From the NCBI GenBank assembly GCA_038231275.1, contig JBBRLQ010000001.1, positions 1-64,000 on the forward strand: 64,000 nt of DNA. The letters are read 5' to 3'. The number at the start of each line of letters is the position of its first letter. The first letter of the stretch is position 1. Positions 9,445 through 20,426 of the stretch are shown here, one piece after another. The stretch is from Polyangiales bacterium (GTDB taxonomy: Bacteria; Myxococcota_A; Polyangia; Polyangiales; Polyangiaceae). Below the pieces are notes generated by a model. The model did not search any database. It saw only the letters and a list, made by a program, of their open reading frames with translations, and had not been told where the DNA came from. The position numbers and the translations under genes were made by a program.

Positions 9445-10221
9445 CTACTTCAGGCGACCCATCGCGATTTCGGTTACGTGCCGATGCGCCTTCTTCCCAT
9501 CGGACCAGCGGTAGGCCACCGGCGCGCCGCTCGCGTCGACCTCGACGAGGACGACGCCGCGTCCGACGCCGGTCGCGTGCGACGCCTTGCGTGAGTCGCC
9601 TTTGCCGTGCGGCGACGCCGTCGAATCGAGGATCGGCACCATCCACATGACCGCGCCCTGCGCAGACGGCGGCGCCGCGACGATCATCACGTGCCCGGTG
9701 TTGCTGTTGGTAAGGTCGGCCGGCTTCTTCCACGCGAGCACGTCGCCGGGCGCGAGCTCGGAGACGCGAGGGACGGGCTGCCATCGCGCGGCGTCCTTCG
9801 CCTTCTGGAAGAACTGGACGAAGTGCTTCGCGAGCGGCCGTTTCACGGTCGCCGCCCGCAGCTCGTCCAGCGCCGGAGCGGCGGTGCGCGAAAGGAGGTA
9901 GTCGGCGAAGCCCGAACAGTCGACCTCGTAGACCGTGCCGTCGATGTGCGTCCTGTGCGAGTACGTCGAGGCGGTCATCGTGGAGAGGACGCGCGACGCT
10001 TCGGCGACCAACGCCGCGCCGCCGCGTGCGCTGCCTGGAGGGGCCGGCGCGAACGCCGACTCGTCCCCCTCGCCTTCGTTGCCGCTGACGCCGTGCTCAT
10101 CCTCGCTCACCTCGGGCTCGGCTTCGCCCAGCGGCGCCGTGGGCGGCTCGGGCGCGCCTGACCTTCCACACGCGACCGGCGCCACACAGGCCAGCGCGAA
10201 GAACCGGAACCAACCCTGCAT
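9445..10221 (-). CDS. Lipoprotein with NlpC/P60-like cysteine amidase domain
   Basis: Lipobox PVAC; VDCSGF, LAPGDVL and TGHV motifs. Confidence 0.7.
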   Translation of the reverse strand: MQGWFRFFALACVAPVACGRSGAPEPPTAPLGEAEPEVSEDEHGVSGNEGEGDESAFAPAPPGSARGGAALVAEASRVLSTMTASTYSHRTHIDGTVYEVDCSGFADYLLSRTAAPALDELRAATVKRPLAKHFVQFFQKAKDAARWQPVPRVSELAPGDVLAWKKPADLTNSNTGHVMIVAAPPSAQGAVMWMVPILDSTASPHGKGDSRKASHATGVGRGVVLVEVDASGAPVAYRWSDGKKAHRHVTEIAMGRLK

Positions 10222-10231
10222 GGACCTCATC

Positions 10232-10810
10232 TTAGCGCGGCGAACGCGGCGACCACGGCAGCCCCGTCTCGCAGTCCACGTGGCGCACCGAGGCGCCCGC
10301 GCGGCCCACGTCGATCACGCCGAGCACGATCGGCAGCGCGAAGCGTCGCGGCCCCACCGAGCCGGGATTGAAGACCGTGACCCCGCGATCGTGCGCCGCG
10401 AACGGCACGTGCGAGTGGCCGCAAACGACCAGCGATACATCCTCCGCCCTGGCCAGCCGGGCGGCGTCGGCACGCAGCTTGGGCCCGTAGACGGCGATGT
10501 GAAGAAGCAGAATCTTGAGGAGGGAGTCACCTTCGTCCTGCACGTCGAGCGTCACGACATCCGGGAGATCCGGCGCCCGCTCGTCGATGTTCCCACGAAC
10601 GACCGTGAGCGGCGCGTGCGCGCGCAATGCGTCGAGCACTGCAAGGTCGCCGACGTCGCCCGCGTGAAGAATGTGGTCCGGCGCGATCTCGGCGATGCGC
10701 TTGGAGAGGTCGGAATGCGGGCGCCCATGGGTGTCCGCCACCGCGAGGATACGCAACGCGCCCCCCTCGAGCGCGACGGTCGTGCGGGCGTGGGCGAGAG
10801 AACGCGACAT
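10232..10810 (-). CDS. YfcE-family metallophosphoesterase
   Basis: ADTHG, HAGD, VRGNID, GHSH, FNPGS motifs. Confidence 0.9.
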   Translation of the reverse strand: MSRSLAHARTTVALEGGALRILAVADTHGRPHSDLSKRIAEIAPDHILHAGDVGDLAVLDALRAHAPLTVVRGNIDERAPDLPDVVTLDVQDEGDSLLKILLLHIAVYGPKLRADAARLARAEDVSLVVCGHSHVPFAAHDRGVTVFNPGSVGPRRFALPIVLGVIDVGRAGASVRHVDCETGLPWSPRSPR

Positions 10811-10911
10811 TCGCCGAAGCGTGGAGCAACCGCTACGAGTTGTCGAGCGTGACGTCACGCACGCGGGTTGCCAGGCCGGCGGGGATTCGCGATGATGAGT
10901 CGGGGGCATTC

Positions 10912-13617
10912 TTGACCGACGACGGGCGCGATCGCAGCTCCGAAGAAGAGCCGGATTCTCTCCTGCGGGCGATCGCCGCCGCGCCGGAACGCGCACAGCA
11001 GGCGATGCCGGCCCGCGTCGCTCACTTTCGCGTGCTGGGGCTGCTCGGTCGCGGCGGAATGGGCGTCGTCTATCGCGCGCACGACGACACGCTGCGTCGC
11101 GAGATCGCACTCAAGCTCTTGACCGAGTCTGGCGTCGACGACGAACGACGACAACGGTTCTTGCGAGAGGCGCGCTCGGCCGCGGCCATCAGCCACCCAA
11201 ACGTCGCGGCCGTGCACCAGGTCGGTGAGGCGGACGGAAGCGCGTACATCGCGATGGAGCTCGTCGACGGCGAGAGCCTCCGCGCGCGGCTCGATCGAGG
11301 CCCGCTCGGCGCGGGCGACGCCATGGACCTCGCGACGCAAGTGGCGCGCGGACTCGGCGCGGCCCACGAACGCCAGCTCGTGCATCGCGACCTGAAGCCG
11401 GAGAACGTGATGATCACGCGCGAGGGCGTCGTGAAGCTTCTCGACTTCGGCCTCGCGAAGCCTGCGCGCGCGGGCGCCAGGGCGGCGGACGGTGAGGTCG
11501 GCGCGAGCGCGACCGAGATGCTCGTCACGGCCGAAGCCGGGCGGGTGATGGGCACGCCGCCGTACATGTCTCCCGAACAGGCGATCGGCGCGCCGCTCGA
11601 CGCCCGATCGGACGTCTTCTCGTTCGGCATCCTCCTCTACGAGATGCTCTCTGGGACTCGCCCGTTCTCGGGGACGAGCTCCGGTGCCTTGCTCGTGGCG
11701 ATCGCGCGCGATCCGGTTCCCTCGCTTCGCGCGCGGGTCCCCGACGTCGACGCGAAGATGGAGGCGATCGTCGAGCGCTGCCTCGCAAAGGCCCCCGAAG
11801 AACGCTTCGCCAGCGCCGTCGAGATCGTTGCCGCCCTCTCTGCAGCGTCGCCGCCCAAAAAGGAAGGCGCGGCCCGCACCCGCGCAGTCGGCGCCTGGAG
11901 CGGACTGCTCGCCGCGGGATCGCTGGGCGCGATCGCGCTGATCGCGGCGACGACCGGCTCGTGGCCGCGCGGTGCGAGCACCGGGCCCGCGGCGAGCCAC
12001 GCCGTCTCCGTTCCACCCGCGCCATCGTCGTCCGTCACGCGCATCGTCGATCTCCCGGCGCCCAAAACGGACGTGCCGGCCGCGGCCACCGAATACGCGG
12101 CGGGCATCCAGGCGATCCACGACAACACGTGGATGATCGCGGTCGCCCATTTCTTCAAGGCCGTGACGCTCGACCCATCCATGCCCGAGGCCCATCTCCG
12201 CTTGTCGATGATGATGCTGCCCGTGAGAGACGCCGCGACGCGTCGGTCGGAGTTCGAGAAGGCGGCGGGCCTGCGCGGGCGACTTGGCGAGAGGGACCAA
12301 GCGCTGCTGGAGGCGATGCAGCCCTTCCTCCAAGCACGGCTGCAGGACGTCGCCGAGGCGGACAAACGCCTGCGCGCGCTCGCCGAGCGATACCCGACCG
12401 ACGCCGAGATCTGGATGTGGCTCGCCGCGATCCACTACTTCACGCCGGAGATGCGAGGCCCCGGGGAGCGGATGCTCGCGCTCGACCCGAACGACCCCGT
12501 TGGGTGGGAGGTCAAGGCAGATCTGGCCGTGCTGGAGGGCAAGATCGACGAGGCGCACGCGGACTTCGAGCGATGCAGCGCTCACTCGATCGACGGCGCG
12601 GAGTGCTTCGCGATCATGAGCTGGGGGGACAGAGCGGCGGGGCGGTGCATGGACTTCGAGCACGCCGCGCGGCGCGCCGCGGACCGGGCCCCTTTTTGGC
12701 TGAACCTGCTGATCCCCGCGCGGGCCCGCAACGGCGCGACGGCGCAAGAGCTGGAGGAGACAGCGACCCAGTTCGTGTCCGCGCTGCCGCCGCCGATGGC
12801 TCCGGAGATCCAGAGGCTGGGCCTCGAGTCGCGCCTCGCATTTCTCGCGGGCGACTTCACGCGCGCGAACGCGATGGCGAAGGAGGAGGCCGCGGCCCTC
12901 GCCGCCGATCCCGCGCACAGAGCGATCTATTGGATACAGCACCAGGCCACGACGCACCTCCTCGACGTCGCCCTCGAAACGGGCGACACGGCCTCCGCCC
13001 AGCGCATTGCGGCGGATTTCGTCGCCCGCAGCGACGCGTGGTCGGGGGAAGCGTTTCTCGGGCACGGCGTCGACCTCTCGCTGTACTTCGCGCGCGTCGC
13101 GCTGCCGCCGGACCGTCCCCCGCCGCCCGCGTTCGAGATCCAGCGACGCGCGTGGATCGAACAGCGTCTGGCGTCCGGCGCCAGCCGCGGCTCGATGATG
13201 TGGACCTACGCCTACGCCTTGCCTGCGCTCACCGCGGCCGAGGCGAAGGCGGCGATCGAAGCGTTGCCGGAGAACGCGCCTCGCGCGGTGCCGTCGTTCG
13301 GGGGTTGGGGCTTCTCGGGGCGTGTGGGCAGCCCCGACGCGTCCGCGGGTCACGTCTACCTCCTCGCGGGGCAGCTCGACGACGCGATCGTGCACCTCCG
13401 CCGCGCGGCGGACGCGTGCGACGTGTACGACTCGACCCTCGACCACGTGCGCGCTTCGCTCGATCTCGGCCGCGCGCTCGAGGAAAAGGGGGACAGGGAC
13501 GGCGCATGCGCGGCATACCGCAGCGTCCTCGCGCGCTGGGGTCAGGCGAAGCCACGCAGCGTCACCGCCGACGCGGCACGGGAGCGCACGGCGCATCTGC
13601 GGTGCGGCGCGCCGTGA
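10912..13617 (+). CDS. Ser/Thr protein kinase with TM and TPR-like region (paralog of 6179..8794)
   Basis: GRGGMG, HRDLKPEN, DFG, GTPPYMSPE; TTG start chosen by similarity to the paralog N-terminus (TDDG...DSLLRA). Confidence 0.93.
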   Translation: MTDDGRDRSSEEEPDSLLRAIAAAPERAQQAMPARVAHFRVLGLLGRGGMGVVYRAHDDTLRREIALKLLTESGVDDERRQRFLREARSAAAISHPNVAAVHQVGEADGSAYIAMELVDGESLRARLDRGPLGAGDAMDLATQVARGLGAAHERQLVHRDLKPENVMITREGVVKLLDFGLAKPARAGARAADGEVGASATEMLVTAEAGRVMGTPPYMSPEQAIGAPLDARSDVFSFGILLYEMLSGTRPFSGTSSGALLVAIARDPVPSLRARVPDVDAKMEAIVERCLAKAPEERFASAVEIVAALSAASPPKKEGAARTRAVGAWSGLLAAGSLGAIALIAATTGSWPRGASTGPAASHAVSVPPAPSSSVTRIVDLPAPKTDVPAAATEYAAGIQAIHDNTWMIAVAHFFKAVTLDPSMPEAHLRLSMMMLPVRDAATRRSEFEKAAGLRGRLGERDQALLEAMQPFLQARLQDVAEADKRLRALAERYPTDAEIWMWLAAIHYFTPEMRGPGERMLALDPNDPVGWEVKADLAVLEGKIDEAHADFERCSAHSIDGAECFAIMSWGDRAAGRCMDFEHAARRAADRAPFWLNLLIPARARNGATAQELEETATQFVSALPPPMAPEIQRLGLESRLAFLAGDFTRANAMAKEEAAALAADPAHRAIYWIQHQATTHLLDVALETGDTASAQRIAADFVARSDAWSGEAFLGHGVDLSLYFARVALPPDRPPPPAFEIQRRAWIEQRLASGASRGSMMWTYAYALPALTAAEAKAAIEALPENAPRAVPSFGGWGFSGRVGSPDASAGHVYLLAGQLDDAIVHLRRAADACDVYDSTLDHVRASLDLGRALEEKGDRDGACAAYRSVLARWGQAKPRSVTADAARERTAHLRCGAP

Positions 13618-13646
13618 CGCACGACTCGCCCAATCGCGAATCGTCT

Positions 13647-13704
13647 TGGCGGAGAGCAAGGGATTCGAACCCTTGGTGAGCTTGCAGCCACACCTGATTT
13701 CGAA
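13647..13704 (-). repeat. Duplicated 3' half of tRNA-Ser (att site) retaining encoded CCA
   Basis: 13650-13704 matches 17000-17054 at 54 of 55 nt; minus strand ends TCTCCG-CCA. Confidence 0.92.
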
Positions 13705-13776
13705 ACGGAGGGCGGCTCCCGAGAATCACGGCGCATCGAGAAAGCACGCGCGACCACGACTCAGGGTCGACCCGCC

Positions 13777-13980
13777 TTGCCACGTCTGGGGCAGTCCGTG
13801 GGGCAATCACTGGGGCGTTCGGTGGACGCGCGGGCGCTCGCCGCCGCGCTTCGCGCGAAGCTCGACGCCGCGATCCTCGCCGAGGCATGGGATGCGGTGA
13901 AGGCGATCAAGGCGCGCGTCGACGAGCTCGAGCGGGAGGGCGTGGTTGATCTCGAGAGCGAGCGGCAGCGACGGCGCTAA
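13777..13980 (+). CDS. Small helical ORF; possibly the displaced C-terminus of the element's integrase or another att-spanning gene
   Basis: LDAAILAEAWDAVKAIKARVDELE..VVDLESERQRRR; frame is open back through the att copy to 13651. Confidence 0.45.
   Translation: MPRLGQSVGQSLGRSVDARALAAALRAKLDAAILAEAWDAVKAIKARVDELEREGVVDLESERQRRR
13787..13818 (+). repeat. Three TGGGGC(A/G) direct repeats with 12-bp period; putative integrase arm sites
   Basis: TGGGGCAG at 13787, TGGGGCAA at 13799, TGGGGCGT at 13811. Confidence 0.6.
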
Positions 13981-14224
13981 GCGTAGCCCGGCGACGCCGC
14001 CCCGCAGCGCGCAGAAATTCTTCGCCGCCGTGTTCACATCGGCCGTGAGGACCCCACTGTCCTCGCGACCGTAGAAACTTTCGAAGACCAGGCGACACAG
14101 AGCCGAACGCCCGTCGTATGGGCTCAGGCGAAGGTGCGCGCTTTCATCTTGCGCGAGATCTACCCACATGTCAGGTTGCGCGTCAGCGCGCGTCGGCCGG
14201 GATCGACGTCGAACAGGGGGCTTC

Positions 14225-16684
14225 ATGGAACAGCGTCACAGCACTGTCGTTTGCGGGTTTGCCACGCTCTGGCTCGCAGTGGCGGCCGTTCTCGGCGGGT
14301 GTGACGCAGCGCCGCCTCCTTCCGATCGCGCTCCCCAAGTTGGCACGACGACCGAGGCCCTCACCACCTCCGTCACCTACCGGCGCGGCGTGCTCGGCAC
14401 GGTCGCTGACACCTTCATCAGCGCGTCAGAGATGGGCAAGAGCTTCGGCGCTCAGGAGAAGCTACGCGTGAGCGCGAAGAACGAGGCACTACTGCGCTTC
14501 GACCTCTCCGCGATCCCGTCGAGCGCGGTGATCAACAGCGCTACGCTCAGCCTCTATCTCAACGGAGGCGACGACGAGCAAGACGACGACGGCGCCGATG
14601 GAAGCCGAGAGGGCTTTCCCGTCGTCCCGATCAAGATCCACCGCGCCACTTCGGCCTGGAGCGAGAGCACCGGCACGTACGCGAGCTTCAATCAGCAGTT
14701 CGATTCGACCGTCGCGGGCACCATCCTGGCGACGAGCGCCAACGTCTTCAAGTCGGTGGACATGAAGATGCTCGTGCAGCAGTGGGTGAACGGCGCGCCG
14801 AACTACGGAATGCTCATCCGCACCACTGGCAAGCGGCACACGATCTTCGTCAGCAGCGAGGGCGGCAAGGTCTCCCTTCGCCCGTCGCTCACGATCAGCT
14901 ACACGACGCCCGACGACCACTGCTCGTCGAACCCGTGCGCGAACGGCGGCAGCTGCCAGAACAGCGCGAACGGCTTCACGTGCACCTGCTCGCCGGGATA
15001 CGTCGGCACGACCTGCGAGACGCTCGTGGACAACTGCGCTGGCAGCCCGTGCCTGAACGGCGGCACCTGCACCAGCGGCATCAACTCGTACTCGTGTAGC
15101 TGCGCCGCCGGCTACACCGGCACCAACTGCCAGACGAACACCAACGAGTGCGCGCCGAATCCGTGCCAGAACGGCGGCGTCTGCACCGACGGCGTCAACA
15201 GCCACACCTGCGCGTGCCCGCCCGGCTACACCGGTGCGAACTGCGAGACGCTCATCAACAACTGCGCTGGAAGCCCCTGCCAGAATGGAGGCACCTGCAC
15301 GAGCGGCGTCAACAGCTACACCTGCGCGTGCCCGGCCGGTTACACGGGTTCGAACTGCCAGTCTCTCGTCGACAACTGCACGCCGAATCCCTGCGGGAAC
15401 GGCGGCACGTGTGCCAACGGCGTCAACAGCTACACGTGCAACTGCGCGCCCGGCTACACCGGTGCGAACTGCGAGACGCTCATCAACAACTGCGCGGGAA
15501 GCCCCTGCCAGAATGGAGGCACCTGCACGAGCGGCGTTAACAGCTACACCTGCGCGTGCCCGGCCGGGTACACCGGGGCCAACTGCGAGATCGACATCAA
15601 CGAGTGCGCACCGACCCCGTGCCAGAACGGCGGCAGCTGCGTCGACGACGTCGGCTCCTTCACGTGCCTGTGCGCGCCCGGGTATACTGGCGCGACCTGC
15701 GACACGCTCGTCGACATTTGCGCGAGCGCGCCGTGCTTGGCGCCGAGCGCACCGGTCATCATAAGCGCCGACCCCGACGTGGCGGGTACCATCTTGGTCA
15801 AGTGGACCGCGCCCGCCCAGTCCAACAACAGCGTGCTGACCAAGTATGTGGTGCAGGCCACCTCGTCCAATGGCGGCGCCAACAACTCCACGACGACCGA
15901 CTCGGCGACGCTCACCACCACCGTCAACGGACTCACCGACTGCAGAAGTTATGCGGTGACGGTCACCGCGTTCAATGGAGTGGGCAGCACCTCGTCGGCG
16001 GCGGTGAGCGTTGCGCCCTACAGCGCGCCCGGTACGCCCGGCTTTCTTTCGACCGCCAGGGCGGTCTCCGCCATCTCGCTGGCCTGGACTGCCTCGAGTA
16101 CGCCCGGCTCCTGCGGGGTTGACCACTATACAGTCGATCGTTGGCTGGCGGGCGTCACCACCACCACGGAAGTCCTCGGCGCTGCCGCCGTCATGGGTGC
16201 GCTTGCCTGCCCTTATCCGAGCGTCGATTGCAATTCACCCAACGGCTACTTCTTCCGCGTCAAAGCCACCATCGTGAACCCGGTCAACGACCTGTTGTCG
16301 CTCGACAGCACATATTCCGCATACTCCGGCTCAATCACTCCCTATGTCTCTTATGCGAACGACAAGATCACCGACATCTGGGCGGCAAAGGGCTGCACCA
16401 GTTGCCACTCTCCGGGCGCCGGGCCGCTTGTCCTCGGCGGCGGCGCAGGCACCATCACCAGCGCACAGACCTATTCGAACATCATCGGCCGCGCGAACGT
16501 GGTGCAACCGGCCGCGGTGGGAAACAGCTATCTGTTGCTCTGCCCCACCAACGTCAACAACGGCAACGATGCGCCTTGCCAAAGCATGAACCTCGCCGTC
16601 TTCAGCTCGAACACCATCGAGTATCGGGCCATCCAACGATGGATCACCGACGGCGCGCACAACGCTAACGTGCCCTTCCCTTGA
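14225..16684 (+). CDS. Lipoprotein: DNRLRE-like domain, 7 EGF-like repeats, FN3 domain(s), C-terminal CxxCH domain
   Basis: RBS AGGGGG; lipobox LGGC; LLRFDLSAIP, VQQWVNG, FVSSE, RPSLTISY; 38-aa C..NPC.NGG.C....N.Y.C.C.PGY.G.NC repeats; W.AP...Y.V..Y.VTVTAFNGVG; CTSCH. Confidence 0.9.
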   Translation: MEQRHSTVVCGFATLWLAVAAVLGGCDAAPPPSDRAPQVGTTTEALTTSVTYRRGVLGTVADTFISASEMGKSFGAQEKLRVSAKNEALLRFDLSAIPSSAVINSATLSLYLNGGDDEQDDDGADGSREGFPVVPIKIHRATSAWSESTGTYASFNQQFDSTVAGTILATSANVFKSVDMKMLVQQWVNGAPNYGMLIRTTGKRHTIFVSSEGGKVSLRPSLTISYTTPDDHCSSNPCANGGSCQNSANGFTCTCSPGYVGTTCETLVDNCAGSPCLNGGTCTSGINSYSCSCAAGYTGTNCQTNTNECAPNPCQNGGVCTDGVNSHTCACPPGYTGANCETLINNCAGSPCQNGGTCTSGVNSYTCACPAGYTGSNCQSLVDNCTPNPCGNGGTCANGVNSYTCNCAPGYTGANCETLINNCAGSPCQNGGTCTSGVNSYTCACPAGYTGANCEIDINECAPTPCQNGGSCVDDVGSFTCLCAPGYTGATCDTLVDICASAPCLAPSAPVIISADPDVAGTILVKWTAPAQSNNSVLTKYVVQATSSNGGANNSTTTDSATLTTTVNGLTDCRSYAVTVTAFNGVGSTSSAAVSVAPYSAPGTPGFLSTARAVSAISLAWTASSTPGSCGVDHYTVDRWLAGVTTTTEVLGAAAVMGALACPYPSVDCNSPNGYFFRVKATIVNPVNDLLSLDSTYSAYSGSITPYVSYANDKITDIWAAKGCTSCHSPGAGPLVLGGGAGTITSAQTYSNIIGRANVVQPAAVGNSYLLLCPTNVNNGNDAPCQSMNLAVFSSNTIEYRAIQRWITDGAHNANVPFP
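14915..15712 (+). repeat. Seven tandem 114-bp EGF-encoding repeats
   Basis: Visible periodicity; units 4 and 6 nearly identical in DNA. Confidence 0.9.
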
Positions 16685-16691
16685 TCCACTC

Positions 16692-16716
16692 GAGGTGGAT
16701 CGAATCGATCCACCTC
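16692..16716 (+). terminator. Perfect 11-bp hairpin just after the EGF gene stop
   Basis: GAGGTGGATCG-AAT-CGATCCACCTC; no clear U-tract. Confidence 0.45.
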
Positions 16717-16935
16717 ACCTCTTCCGGCCCCGCGTCGGAGTACCGAGGTGCGGTCCCGACCCTGGAGGCTTCTACTCGACGAGCGGCGGCATATGAGCCG
16801 GCTGGGCGCTACGTGGCTGTGACGCAATGGCGATGCATGACCGCCTGCACCCATGCCGTCACTCACGGTCGTCTGGGGCGACGATTCACATCCCCGAGCT
16901 CGCGCCAACGCCCGAAATCGACGAACCCGTAGCGC

Positions 16936-16958
16936 CATTGCCCCAGGCATTGCCCCAG
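16936..16958 (-). repeat. Two CTGGGGCAATG repeats with 12-bp period, inverted relative to 13787-13818
   Basis: CATTGCCCCAG at 16936 and 16948. Confidence 0.6.
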
Positions 16959-16999
16959 AACGAGGACCGGCGGGTCGGTGGAAACGGCGCTAAGCCCAG

Positions 17000-17086
17000 C
17001 GGAGAGCAAGGGATTCGAACCCTTGGTGAGCTTGCACCCACACCTGATTTCGAATCAGGCTCCTTCGGCCACTCGGACAGCTCTCC
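17000..17086 (-). tRNA. tRNA-Ser(CGA), CCA not encoded
   Basis: GGAGAGC/GCTCTCC acceptor stem; CCTGA-TTCGAAA-TCAGG anticodon arm; long variable arm; GGTTCGAATCC T-arm. Confidence 0.95.
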
Positions 17087-17140
17087 GCCGCGAAACCTGC
17101 GCGATCCGGCCCCCTCTTGTCAAGCGATGTCGGCGGCGCG

Positions 17141-18028
17141 TCAGTTCAGCGGGCGGGCGCCGGGGGGGCTAATCACGCGCGTCGGAATGGCGATTTTCTT
17201 CGCGTTGTCGCCGTCGGGGATCACGCGGTTCCCGTTGTTGTCGGTGATGTCGATCGCGATCTCGACCGCGATGGTGCCCTTCTCTTCCATGCGAAGGCCG
17301 AGGTCGAAGCCTGTGAGCCCGGCGATGACCTGGGGAATGTAGGGGCCGACGATCGGGTCGGATTGGTTCGACCGGTTCAGCACGTTGAACGCGCGGTTGA
17401 TGATGCCGGCCGGATCGGCGTTCGGATCGGTGGGCGGGTTCTTGAGAATGTTCTGCGCGGTCGCCAGATCCACCGCGAGCTCCGTCATGTCGTCATTGAT
17501 GAGCGTGCCTACGATGCGCGACTTGGGCTGGATGCGCACGCGCCGCTCGATGCCGCTCAAGTTCGGGAGGCTGTTCTCCTGACTCACGACGATGCCGGGC
17601 TTGTAGCGGACGAACTCGTTCCACGGATCGATCATGAGGAGGACCGTGCGCGGTTGATCGTCGAGGTTCGTGAGCGTGTAGCGGACCTCGAGGCGGAGAT
17701 CGCTCTCCTTGAGCCACGGGCCTCGCGGGTACGGATCGGCGGCCGGTAGGTTCTGGAGCTCGAAATCTTCGGGGTGGCGGATGGGGAGACGGACGGGGAC
17801 CTGGACTTGGTAGAGCTGGAGCTCGCCGTCGTCGTAGACCGGCGCGAGCTGCGGCGTCATTCCGAGCACGACCGGGGCCGTGACCTGCGCGGCGTCCTCG
17901 TTCGCACACGCCCCCACGCCGGCGCAGATCGCGAGCGCGGCGAGTGCGCGAACGAGCACGCGGGGGGAGCGCACGCGACCCTTGGGGGCGCACGCCTCCG
18001 CAGGCAGCGCCGTAGCTGCGCGATTCAT
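17141..18028 (-). CDS. Hypothetical lipoprotein
   Basis: Lipobox GVGAC; strong GC3 coding bias; start uncertain. Confidence 0.7.
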   Translation of the reverse strand: MNRAATALPAEACAPKGRVRSPRVLVRALAALAICAGVGACANEDAAQVTAPVVLGMTPQLAPVYDDGELQLYQVQVPVRLPIRHPEDFELQNLPAADPYPRGPWLKESDLRLEVRYTLTNLDDQPRTVLLMIDPWNEFVRYKPGIVVSQENSLPNLSGIERRVRIQPKSRIVGTLINDDMTELAVDLATAQNILKNPPTDPNADPAGIINRAFNVLNRSNQSDPIVGPYIPQVIAGLTGFDLGLRMEEKGTIAVEIAIDITDNNGNRVIPDGDNAKKIAIPTRVISPPGARPLN

Positions 18029-18078
18029 GGGACTTCGAGGCCTCCGCGGCGAACGAGATGCGAGCACCGTGCCCGATT

Positions 18079-20334
<2,256 letters not shown>

Positions 20335-20426
20335 GGTGTGTCCGGAAATAGGACACTGTCTCGGCGCCCCGTCAACCGCCCCCCGAAACCAAGCGACGGC
20401 CCGCGCGTACGCCCTCACGGAGGCCC

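Larger units (their letters stand above)
13650..17054. mobile_element. Small tRNA-Ser-integrated genomic island with no intact integrase
   Basis: Flanked by the 55-bp direct repeat of the tRNA 3' half ending in the anticodon loop; arm-like repeats near both ends. Confidence 0.85.

Noticed and set aside
13647-13704. Second tRNA-Ser gene
   Set aside because: Only the 3' half is present; the D-arm and 5' acceptor strand are missing
13807-14226. 139-aa minus-strand ORF within the island
   Set aside because: No recognisable motif; overlaps the better-looking + strand ORF and the EGF gene upstream region
14915-15712. CRISPR array
   Set aside because: The periodicity is coding EGF repeats; no spacers or cas genes anywhere in the window
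16690-17000. Intact integrase at the island end
   Set aside because: No R-H-R-Y tyrosine recombinase motifs are readable; at most a remnant
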